Shown in pieces: positions 29,341 through 37,791 of a stretch of DNA of 64,000 bases. The translations under genes were made by a program, and so were the position numbers. Below the pieces are notes generated by a model, which ran no database searches, was not told where the DNA came from, and saw only the letters and a program-made list of their open reading frames with translations. Every line of letters starts with the position of its first letter. The stretch's first letter is position 1. Origin of the DNA: Bacteroidota bacterium (GTDB lineage Bacteria > Bacteroidota > Ignavibacteria > UBA10030 > UBA8401); assembly GCA_027622375.1 (NCBI GenBank), contig JAQCAB010000005.1, forward strand, positions 6,971 to 70,970, written 5' to 3'.

Positions 29341-30126
29341 TTAAAACGTTCTTATATACTCAATGTGAAGAGTTCGGTTACCAATTGTAACTTCTTTTGT
29401 AGAATTATTTTTAACAATATTTTTTAAATTAAAAGCCATCAAAAAACCATTTCCGAAAGACCATAAAACACCACCATTTAAATATCCTCGCCCTTTTCCA
29501 ACTTTTTCTAGATTGTCATTAAAAGCAAAATCATAATCAAATACGAGGGAAATATCTTTCCCGATTGATTTTTCAATACCTGCAAAAATATTGAGATCTT
29601 TATCTCCATCTTTTCGTTCCATACTTAAATTAACTCCACCATGCCAACTTAAATTACCCATCATAGAATAATTTTTACTTGCTGCAATGTAAACTCCGGG
29701 AGATTTTATTGTAAACCTTTCTAAAGAATCTAAATAAGTTTCTTTCCCTTGAGAATTAAATCCAAAAGCAATTGCTGGCATCCCTTGAGTTTCATCAAAT
29801 AATCTGAATTTTAGCATCACTCCCGGATTTTTTTGCGGTACAACTTTTTCATATCCAATAAATCCTGCACCACCAAATGAAATACCAAAATTTAATCTAT
29901 CCAAAGCTCCGGCTGAAAGTGAAAAAGTCATTCCGCCTTGTTGAAAAAAATCGAGATCAAATGCAAATGCTCCTCGTTTTAATAAACCTGCTGTTGGAAC
30001 ATCAACCAAATTTCGCATTTCAATATCTGCTGTTTCTCCTGCACTGGATTGGGCAAAAACATAATTGTAATTAATCATTGTATTTATAATTATTAAAACT
30101 ACTGCAAATATTTTTTTCTGTTTCAT
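29341..30126 (-). CDS. Small outer-membrane beta-barrel protein (unknown family)
   Basis: Signal peptide (…YVFAQS), amphipathic beta-strand pattern and a C-terminal aromatic residue (...HIEYIRTF). Confidence 0.55.
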   Translation of the reverse strand: MKQKKIFAVVLIIINTMINYNYVFAQSSAGETADIEMRNLVDVPTAGLLKRGAFAFDLDFFQQGGMTFSLSAGALDRLNFGISFGGAGFIGYEKVVPQKNPGVMLKFRLFDETQGMPAIAFGFNSQGKETYLDSLERFTIKSPGVYIAASKNYSMMGNLSWHGGVNLSMERKDGDKDLNIFAGIEKSIGKDISLVFDYDFAFNDNLEKVGKGRGYLNGGVLWSFGNGFLMAFNLKNIVKNNSTKEVTIGNRTLHIEYIRTF

Positions 30127-30154
30127 TATTGAGACGTTTTAATTTGGAATTGGT

Positions 30155-31594
30155 TTACTCTTGTTTTTTCCATTCAGTTTTTTCCTTTTTATCCTCTAAT
30201 ATAATACCTATTTCTCCTAATTTATTACGGATTAAATCAGACAATGTAAATTGTTTTAGTTTGCGTGCTTGATTTCTTGTTTCAATTAATAACTCAATTA
30301 ATTCGCTCTCTATTTTATTATCTTTTTTTGGTTCATCCTCTACAAAAAGACCTAAAATACTTTCTCCGTTATTTGTGAAAAAAGATAATACTTCATTTAA
30401 AGATTTTTTATTTAATAATTTATCACTCGATAAAATTGTATTTATTCCTTTTGCTAAATCAAACAAAACAGCAATTGCTTGCGGAGTATTAAAGTCATCA
30501 TCCATTGCAGATTTAAAATCATCATTATATGTTTTTATTGAAATTGATTCTTCTCCAAATTTATTTTCAATTGAAGATTGTTTTAATTTTTTATAAACAT
30601 TATTTAATTTATCATATCCTTTTTTTGCTGCAACAATTGCTTGCTCGCTAAAATCAAGTGTGCTTCTATAATGACTTTGCAGAATAAAAAATCTGATTGT
30701 CATCGCATCAAATTTTTTAAAAGCATTTTTTAGGGTTGTAAAGTTGCCAAGAGATTTTCCCATTTTCTTCCCATCAACAGTTACCATATTATTATGCATC
30801 CAATATTTTACAAAAAGTTTTTTTGTAGAAGCTTCACTTTGCGCGATTTCACATTCGTGATGAGGAAATTGATTTTCAATCCCACCACCATGAATATCAA
30901 AACTTTTTCCAAGATACTTCATTGACATTGCTGAACACTCAATATGCCAACCTGGATAACCACTCCCCCATGGACTTTGCCATTGCATTATGTGTCCTCT
31001 TTCGGCTTTTTTCCAAAGAGCAAAATCTGCTGGATTATTTTTTTCTTTTACAACTTTAACTCTGGTCCCTTCTGTTAATTCATCAATAGTGCGATTTGAA
31101 AGCTTACCATAATTTTTAAATTTTGAAACATCAAAATAAACTGATCCATTTTTTTTGTATGCAAAATTATTTTCAATTAAATTTTTTATGATTTCAATTT
31201 GTTCAGTTATGTGGCCCGACGCTCTTGGCGAAATATCTGGACGAAAATTATTTAATTTATCCATATCCTCAAAATAACTTCGTGTATAATATTCAGCGAT
31301 TTCCATCGGATGTTTGTGCTCTATTTTACTTTGCTTTTCAATTTTATCCTCACCTTCGTCGACATCACCAACCAAATGCCCAACATCTGTTAGGTTTTGA
31401 ACATATTTTACTTTGTATTCAGAATTTTTTAAATAACGGACTATCACATCAAACGAAACATAACTTTTTGCATGACCAATATGAGCATGGCCATAAACTG
31501 TTGGCCCACAAACATAGATTCCCACTTCACCCTTTTTAATAGGAGTAAATTTTTCTTTCTTACGCGATAATGTATTATAAATTTGCAGACTCAT
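30155..31594 (-). CDS. cysS: Cysteine--tRNA ligase
   Basis: HIGH motif (HAHIGHAKSY), KMSKS variant (KMGKSLGN) and CysRS zinc-site context (WHIECSAM). Confidence 0.95.
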   Translation of the reverse strand: MSLQIYNTLSRKKEKFTPIKKGEVGIYVCGPTVYGHAHIGHAKSYVSFDVIVRYLKNSEYKVKYVQNLTDVGHLVGDVDEGEDKIEKQSKIEHKHPMEIAEYYTRSYFEDMDKLNNFRPDISPRASGHITEQIEIIKNLIENNFAYKKNGSVYFDVSKFKNYGKLSNRTIDELTEGTRVKVVKEKNNPADFALWKKAERGHIMQWQSPWGSGYPGWHIECSAMSMKYLGKSFDIHGGGIENQFPHHECEIAQSEASTKKLFVKYWMHNNMVTVDGKKMGKSLGNFTTLKNAFKKFDAMTIRFFILQSHYRSTLDFSEQAIVAAKKGYDKLNNVYKKLKQSSIENKFGEESISIKTYNDDFKSAMDDDFNTPQAIAVLFDLAKGINTILSSDKLLNKKSLNEVLSFFTNNGESILGLFVEDEPKKDNKIESELIELLIETRNQARKLKQFTLSDLIRNKLGEIGIILEDKKEKTEWKKQE

Positions 31595-33304
31595 TTAATT
31601 TGCTTCAATTAAAGCGCGTGCGGTTTCTAAACTTGAATCACTTATTTTTTCGCCACTCATTAATTTTGCTACTTCATAAATTCTTTCATCTTCATTTAAT
31701 TTTTTAATTTTAGAAGTCGTTGTCAATTTATTTGAGAATTTTTCAACAACATAATGCGTGTTTGCCAAGCTTGCAATTTGCGGTAAATGTGTTATTGCAA
31801 TTACTTGATGAGATTTTGAAAGCTCTCTCAATTTTTTTCCGACCGATTGAGCAACTCTTCCACTAACACCAACATCAATTTCGTCAAATATTAAAAGTGG
31901 GACGTTGTCGCCATTTGCAAGAATTGATTTTAATGCCAGCATAATTCTTGAAATTTCTCCACCCGATGCAACTTTATTTAATGGTTTTGGTTCTTCACCA
32001 ATATTTGTACTGATAAAAAATTCTATATTATCAATTCCAGTTAATTTAAGTTGTACAAATTTGTTAGATATTTTTATAGATAAATCATTTTCCAAAATTG
32101 AATCTGCTTCTTGATAAAAATTATTTACTACAAATTTACAATTCGCAATTCCAATATCAGCTAAAGTTTGAACAACTTGTTTTTCAATTTTCTTTGAAAA
32201 ACTTTTTCTCGACTCCGAAAGATTAATTGCGCTCGTTGTAGTTTTATTGTGTGTAGATTTTATTTTATTATTTATTAATTCAATTTCACTATCAAAGTTT
32301 TGAAGTAATTTTATTTCTTCTCCAATTTTTTCTCTATAAATCAAAATTTCAGAGATAGGTTTTGAATATTTTTTTTTCAATGCGCTAAAATTGGCAAGCC
32401 TTGTTCTTATTTCTTCCAATCTTTCTGGTGAAAATTGTAATTTTTGTTGATACTTACGCGCAATACTTGCCAATTCATTTACAATTGCAAAAGCATTTTC
32501 AACTTCTTTGAATTCGCTTGCTATTAAAGGATCAATTTGTTCAAGTGCTTCAATTTGTTTTTTTGTTTGATGTAGTAACGATGATGCCGATTGTTCATTT
32601 TCATACAAAAATGAATTTATATTATCAGTAATTTGATGTAGTTTTTCGGAATTACTGAATAAATTCAACTCAGAGTTAAGTTCATCTTCTTCGGTCAAAC
32701 TAGGATTTAGTGTGTCAATTTCCTTTATTTGAAATTCATACAAATTCTTTTTTTCAAGCAAATCGTGTTGCTTTTGTATAAATTCTTTTTTTTGCGATAA
32801 AAGATAATTTAACTCTTTGTAATTTTTTTTATAATCTTCAATGAGGTTTTCATTTTCACTAAAAGTATCAACAAAAGAAAGATGTGTGTTTTGTTTTAAT
32901 AAAAGTTGATGATCGTGTTGACCATGAAGATCAACAAGCAAATCGCCCAATTCTTTTAAAACTGAAAGTGTAACTGGTGAATCATTTATAAAACATCGCG
33001 TTTGTCCTTTTGAAGAAATTTCGCGACGCAAAATTAATTCATCACTTTTATCAATTTCATTTTGAGTAAAAAAATCATTTAATTTTAATTTTCGAGCATC
33101 AACATTAATTTCAACAAAAGCTTTATCACTTCCAGTTCTAACAGATTCAGCGGTAGCGCGCTCTCCCAAAACTAAATTAAATGCATCAATTAAAATTGAT
33201 TTTCCAGCGCCAGTTTCTCCCGTTATAACTGTAAAACCTGATTCAAGATTAATTTGAATTTGCTCTATAAGTGCATAATTTTTTATTGATAAAGATGTTA
33301 TCAT
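31595..33304 (-). CDS. recN: DNA repair protein RecN
   Basis: Walker A GETGAGKS, a long coiled-coil middle, the SMC signature SGGEISR and Walker B LLIFDEID. Confidence 0.95.
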   Translation of the reverse strand: MITSLSIKNYALIEQIQINLESGFTVITGETGAGKSILIDAFNLVLGERATAESVRTGSDKAFVEINVDARKLKLNDFFTQNEIDKSDELILRREISSKGQTRCFINDSPVTLSVLKELGDLLVDLHGQHDHQLLLKQNTHLSFVDTFSENENLIEDYKKNYKELNYLLSQKKEFIQKQHDLLEKKNLYEFQIKEIDTLNPSLTEEDELNSELNLFSNSEKLHQITDNINSFLYENEQSASSLLHQTKKQIEALEQIDPLIASEFKEVENAFAIVNELASIARKYQQKLQFSPERLEEIRTRLANFSALKKKYSKPISEILIYREKIGEEIKLLQNFDSEIELINNKIKSTHNKTTTSAINLSESRKSFSKKIEKQVVQTLADIGIANCKFVVNNFYQEADSILENDLSIKISNKFVQLKLTGIDNIEFFISTNIGEEPKPLNKVASGGEISRIMLALKSILANGDNVPLLIFDEIDVGVSGRVAQSVGKKLRELSKSHQVIAITHLPQIASLANTHYVVEKFSNKLTTTSKIKKLNEDERIYEVAKLMSGEKISDSSLETARALIEAN

Positions 33305-33338
33305 TTAAATTTAATTAAACTACTCTCTTTTTATTTTT

Positions 33339-33495
33339 GTTACAACGTTCTCGCGCTTGGCGATGTGGCGGATTTTTAGCACAAAAATTCAATAGAATTC
33401 CTAAAGTTGAACCTTGCGCAAATGTTTGACTTCGTCGAATCTTCGATTTCATAGAAGCACTTCAGCCGCCATATTGCCAAACCGCTGTTATATGC
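33339..33495. repeat. Imperfect palindromic element A (attC-like or MITE-like), 157 bp
   Basis: Outer boxes are GTTACAAC (33339-33346) and GTTATATGC (33487-33495). The inner arms CTTGGCGATGTGGCGG and CCGCCATATTGCCAAA can pair over ~15 bp including G-T pairs. It lies between the hydrolase stop and the recN start. Confidence 0.6.
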
Positions 33496-33506
33496 AGTTT
33501 TTCGTG

Positions 33507-35153
33507 TCATTTCGTTATTGCTTCTATTAAATAGTTCTGCATTATTTTGTCAACTTGTTTGTGTCCATAAGGTGTATTATATGCTGTCGAAGTTAGTACA
33601 ACTACAATTGGAAAGTCTTTGAAAATGAAAATTCTATTTCCACCATTTCCACTTGAATAATATACTTCGTAATTCACTCCATTCACGTTGTAAGTTTTAT
33701 TCCAAAATAGATAACCATAATATTCGCGTTCCGAAATTGTCATTTGGTGTGATAAACTTTTTGTTACCCATTCTTGCGATAGAATTTGTTTGCCATTCCA
33801 AATGCCTAGATTTTTATATAATTGTCCATATTTCGCATAGTCCAAAGAAGGCAATTGAACGCTACCTGCTGTATTCGGAACTTTTTGAGGTGTGAATTGC
33901 CATTCATATTTTTTAACACCTAATGGTTTAAATAAATTTTCGCTGGAATATTTTTCCAAACCATTTGGAACAGATTTATGAATAATGTCACCAAGAACTA
34001 CAACACCCGCTGTAAAGTAATCCCATTCCTTGTTTGCTACTTTTGATTTTTCAATTGGAAGATTTAAAGCAAATTCAACCCAATTTTTAGTGGGATACAT
34101 GTTTTCTTCGTTTCCTGGCGATTCTGAGTTCATATCAGAACCATCAAAAGTAGAACTCATTGTAAGCAAATCTTTTAAAGTAATGCTGTCTTTTGCTATG
34201 GAATAATTTTGAAAAGTGTTGAGTTTGTAAAATTCATTCAAAGTTTGTTTTTCACTTTTTATGTGTTTGTCTTTTATTGCAATTCCCAAGAGGGTAGAGG
34301 CAAATGATTTTCCAACAGATCTTGTATCGTGAAGTGTTTTTCTATTTGCACCATTAAAATATTCTTCAAGCAAAAGTTTCCCGTCTTTAAGAACTACAAT
34401 ACTCGTTATGTCTTTAAAATTTTGTGTTGCAATTTTTCGATTGAGTTCTTCAATTTTTGCAGTATCAATTTGGCTTGTTGAAATCTGAAAGTCTTTAAGC
34501 GGTTTTATGTTTTGAACTTTAACAAGTAGTTCATCGATTTTTATTTCAGGAACTATAAGTTTCAATTCTCCTACGGCTATTATATCTCCTAATAAAATTT
34601 CGTTCAGTTTTAGATAAGGTCTGACTTCAATTTTAAGTAAATGTTCTCCGTTAGTTAAAGCATCTTGACCACCATTTCCATAAAATCTATTCCAAAGAAA
34701 TCTTCCCCAAGAGTCTTCGTTGGTAGAACTTATTAACGGAACTCTAAAAATGGTTCTTTGATTTTTGCTGTCAACACTTCCCGCTCCAACGTTGAGATTT
34801 TCAACATAAACTTTTTTATTGTCAACGAAGAACGTGAATTGATAATTTCCATTTTTAGTAAGCTCGTCAGCTGTTAATTGTGGTGAAAGTAAATGAAGAT
34901 AATTTGTCAACGAGTTACCCAAAAAAACTCTTATGTTCAGGTCCGATTTTTCTTTAAGTTCAAATGTCGTTAAAAAGTCTCCCTGTATAAAGGTTTCGAT
35001 AGGAACTACTTTACTCATAAAAGCAATTTTTCCAATGTTTATTTTATGAATTGGATAAGTTATACTGTCGCATTTTACAAATTCGGTTGTCTGTCCAAAC
35101 AGATTAATTGTTGTTAGAATAATTGTTACAAATAATGTGAGTTTGCTAATCAT
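33507..35153 (-). CDS. Serine hydrolase (class C beta-lactamase/PBP-like domain) with an N-terminal domain of unknown function
   Basis: Signal peptide. S-x-x-K motif in TRSVGKSFASTLLG at the start of the C-terminal ~280-aa beta-lactamase-family domain. Confidence 0.75.
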   Translation of the reverse strand: MISKLTLFVTIILTTINLFGQTTEFVKCDSITYPIHKINIGKIAFMSKVVPIETFIQGDFLTTFELKEKSDLNIRVFLGNSLTNYLHLLSPQLTADELTKNGNYQFTFFVDNKKVYVENLNVGAGSVDSKNQRTIFRVPLISSTNEDSWGRFLWNRFYGNGGQDALTNGEHLLKIEVRPYLKLNEILLGDIIAVGELKLIVPEIKIDELLVKVQNIKPLKDFQISTSQIDTAKIEELNRKIATQNFKDITSIVVLKDGKLLLEEYFNGANRKTLHDTRSVGKSFASTLLGIAIKDKHIKSEKQTLNEFYKLNTFQNYSIAKDSITLKDLLTMSSTFDGSDMNSESPGNEENMYPTKNWVEFALNLPIEKSKVANKEWDYFTAGVVVLGDIIHKSVPNGLEKYSSENLFKPLGVKKYEWQFTPQKVPNTAGSVQLPSLDYAKYGQLYKNLGIWNGKQILSQEWVTKSLSHQMTISEREYYGYLFWNKTYNVNGVNYEVYYSSGNGGNRIFIFKDFPIVVVLTSTAYNTPYGHKQVDKIMQNYLIEAITK

Positions 35154-35205
35154 TATTTCTGTTTGTTAATTTTAGCACGGCCGTCTTTTTTAAATGGCAT
35201 ATAAC
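35092..35205. repeat. 114-bp direct repeat, copy 1 (leader plus the first 21 codons of the serine hydrolase)
   Basis: 107/114 identical to 37678-37791 by manual alignment. Ends in GCATATAAC. Confidence 0.9.
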
Positions 35206-35320
35206 GTTTTGGTATTGCCGAAGGGCGGGAGTAAAAAGCGCTTCTGTGATAAATATACAAAACTTTCTTAAATGACAAACGCTCAATTTACCACTTCAGC
35301 CCGCTTTTTTGCCAAACGCC
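35197..35320. repeat. Imperfect palindromic element B, related to element A (one terminal box missing)
   Basis: Starts GCATATAACGTTTTGGTATTGCCGAAGGGCGGG. The right arm CAGCCCGCTTTTTTGCCAAACG is partly complementary. It shares the TTTGGCAA / GGCGG-CTGAAGTG / GCTTCT-TGA blocks with element A. Confidence 0.5.
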
Positions 35321-35487
35321 CCTTGGCTGCTGCCTTTCCTTTTGGTGTTTTATTTGTATTTCAATCTTACATTGCCTTATTGACTTCTTTTGCTATTTCA
35401 TTATATAATTCGGTTCTGTCCTTTTCGTTATCATATTTAGGAGAAAGCACAAACCAATTATCGGTAGCTCTTCTTTCGTCCGTCCGC

Positions 35488-37677
35488 TTATAGTCGCACT
35501 TTCAGTCCAGTGTTAAAAACAATTCCGTCAAGCGGTGCCCAAACTTCTGTGAATTGAGGTGTGTCGTTCGGTGCGGATTTTAAACTGCCGAAATTTGTCT
35601 GTCTGAAATTAGTGTAGTTCTCTATATTGCCAAAGAAAGTAAACTGTTCCCAAGTGTGTTCTACTACTGCACCAAAAGTCCAAAATGCTCTTGACTTTGT
35701 CCCATTGCTCAAATCCTGTTGGCTTTTAAATTCGTAGTCAAGCCCAACTCTCCACTTGCCGGGAAGGGCATAAAGCAAGTCGCCTTTCAAACTGTGTTGC
35801 GGTGTCAAAGTAAGGTTACTTGTTGTGTTGTTGAAATGGTTGGTAGCATTGGTGTAAGTGTAGCCAACAAATAAAACAAAGTCGGAAAAACCGAACTTAA
35901 AAAAGGTCTCTGCGCCAAAACTTTGTGTGTAGCCGTTTGCATTGATGAAATGATAAACTCCGCTTAAACTACCTGTGTCTGCAATTACAATTGGCTTGTC
36001 AAGGTAGGTGTAGAAAAACATTTGATTGATATTGATGAAACACTTTTCACCGATTGGTGTTTTGAAGCCGATGTCCACATTGCCACCGTAGGATTGTTCT
36101 GCATCAACTTTTGACTTGTCAATTGGCAAAATATTTTGATAGCCCAACAATTCTGCTTCCTGATTGAAAATTGTCGGGTTACGATAACCCATTCCACCGC
36201 CAATTCTTGTTGTGAGTTTCTGTGTCCACTTGAATAAAACTGCAACTCTTGGCAATGCAAAAAACTTTTCGTTGAAAACATAATCACCTCTGAAACCTGC
36301 TTCCAAAGCAACTTTCTCGCCTATGTCCACATTGTAATTAGCAAATCCGCCAATGGTTTTAAATTCTTCGTTGCGAAGAATGGAGCTTTGCAAACTGTCT
36401 TCCCGGAAGTTGTCGCTGTAAAAGTTTACGCCTGCAATTAACAAATGATTTTTCTGTTTTAAGGTATAAGCAATTTCAGAAAAAGAAGAAAGTTGTTGCC
36501 CTGCAAAACGATATTGCTGTATTGCTTTTGAAGGAGTTATTGAAAGCGTACGGTTGAAAATATTAAAACTGTTTCGCACAGTCAAAAAATGTTTTTCGCT
36601 GAATTTGTGGTCAAGTTTAAGTTGAGTGGTTGTGCGGTTTACATCATTCATCTCTTTGTAAAAATGTATTGTGTCCGGATGCTCGCTGTCCATCAGATTA
36701 ACGTCACCGCCTTGTCTTTTCTCGTCTGTAAAAGTTCCACCGATTGAAAGTTTTGTTTTGTCAGTGAAATAGAAAAACAGTTTCGGATTCAGATTATACT
36801 TAATGAGTTTTGGCATATCGCTGAAACCGTCTTTGTCTGCATCAAATACTGCATGAGTATTTCGCTGTCCAAGTAGAGTGAAACCAACTTTTCCGATTTT
36901 TCTGCTCACAAAAGCGTTTACATCAAAGGCTCCGATATGTGAGCCGTTCAAATGCAAAAGCGTTTCCTCGTTTGTAGGTTCTTTTGAAATGAGATTGATT
37001 AAGCCCGAAATTGCTCCGCCCCCATACAAAGTTGATGCACCGCCTTTGATGTATTCCACTTGTCGCAAGTCAAGCGGTGGAATTTGCATAATGCTCAATG
37101 AGCCGCTAAAGCCACCGTAAAGCGGAAAGCCGTCTTTAAGAATTTGAGTATATCTGCCGTCTAGTCCTTGTATCCGCACATTGGCGGTATTGCTTGTTGC
37201 AGAAGTTTGTTGCAGCTGAATACCTGTGCTGTGTGTTATGAGGTGAGCAATCTTACTCGGATCCATGGTGCTTGCTTCGTCAATTTCTTCTGTCAGCACT
37301 TCAACTCGCGTTGGAATGTTTTCGATGCTCTTATTGCTCCGTGTTCCTTCAATAATTATTTCGTCCAACTCATCAGCATTAGAAGCCATTAAAATAGTTT
37401 GTGTTTCTATAAGTGGAAAGTTAAATTTCAATTCCATCTTTTTGTAACCTACATAAGTGAATACAATTGTTTGTTCACCGTTTGCAATATTGGCGATGCT
37501 TAGTTCACCGTTTATGTTTGCACTTGCTCCGTTAGTTGTGCCTTTCACCACTGCGGATGTACCAACAAGCAGCTCTTGTGTGGTGCTGTCTTTCAAAATT
37601 GCCTTGAACGTGTTTTGGCTGTAAACCATATTTAAACTGAATGCTGCCATCAGCATCAGAATGATTTTTTTTGTCAT
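35488..37677 (-). CDS. TonB-dependent receptor with an N-terminal carboxypeptidase-regulatory-like domain
   Basis: Signal peptide, a CarboxypepD_reg-like domain (VVKGTTNGASANINGELSI...), a plug domain (IPTRVEVLTEEIDE...VRIQGLDGRYTQILKDGFPLYGG) and a 22-strand-sized barrel. G+C is clearly higher than in the flanks. Confidence 0.85.
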   Translation of the reverse strand: MTKKIILMLMAAFSLNMVYSQNTFKAILKDSTTQELLVGTSAVVKGTTNGASANINGELSIANIANGEQTIVFTYVGYKKMELKFNFPLIETQTILMASNADELDEIIIEGTRSNKSIENIPTRVEVLTEEIDEASTMDPSKIAHLITHSTGIQLQQTSATSNTANVRIQGLDGRYTQILKDGFPLYGGFSGSLSIMQIPPLDLRQVEYIKGGASTLYGGGAISGLINLISKEPTNEETLLHLNGSHIGAFDVNAFVSRKIGKVGFTLLGQRNTHAVFDADKDGFSDMPKLIKYNLNPKLFFYFTDKTKLSIGGTFTDEKRQGGDVNLMDSEHPDTIHFYKEMNDVNRTTTQLKLDHKFSEKHFLTVRNSFNIFNRTLSITPSKAIQQYRFAGQQLSSFSEIAYTLKQKNHLLIAGVNFYSDNFREDSLQSSILRNEEFKTIGGFANYNVDIGEKVALEAGFRGDYVFNEKFFALPRVAVLFKWTQKLTTRIGGGMGYRNPTIFNQEAELLGYQNILPIDKSKVDAEQSYGGNVDIGFKTPIGEKCFININQMFFYTYLDKPIVIADTGSLSGVYHFINANGYTQSFGAETFFKFGFSDFVLFVGYTYTNATNHFNNTTSNLTLTPQHSLKGDLLYALPGKWRVGLDYEFKSQQDLSNGTKSRAFWTFGAVVEHTWEQFTFFGNIENYTNFRQTNFGSLKSAPNDTPQFTEVWAPLDGIVFNTGLKVRL

Positions 37678-37739
37678 TGCCCGAACAGTTTAATTGTTGT
37701 TAGAAAAATTGTTACTAATAATGTGAGTTTGTTAATCAT
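37674..37739 (-). pseudogene. 21-codon remnant of the serine hydrolase signal peptide (MINKLTLLVTIFLTTIKLFGQ*), inside direct repeat copy 2
   Basis: Compare MISKLTLFVTIILTTINLFGQ at the start of the 33507..35153 gene. The remnant's TGA overlaps the receptor ATG (ATGA). Confidence 0.7.
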
Positions 37740-37791
37740 TATTTCTGTTTGTTAATTTTAGCACGGTCGTCTTTTTTAAATGGCATATAAC
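37678..37791. repeat. 114-bp direct repeat, copy 2
   Basis: 107/114 identical to 35092-35205. Its terminal GCATATAAC directly abuts the stop codon (37792-37794) of the FG-GAP gene. Confidence 0.9.

Noticed and set aside
35272-35493. 73-aa plus-strand ORF in the spacer between the hydrolase and the receptor
   Set aside because: It runs through palindromic element B and is antisense to the 3' gene remnant. Its hydrophobic low-complexity product is more likely non-coding repeat or remnant DNA.
33305-37791. Calling the island a complete integron
   Set aside because: No integron integrase, attI or Pc promoter is recognisable in the window. The terminal boxes deviate from the RYYYAAC/GTTRRRY consensus, and only two elements are present, one of them incomplete. 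I report it only as attC-like/CALIN-like or MITE-like.
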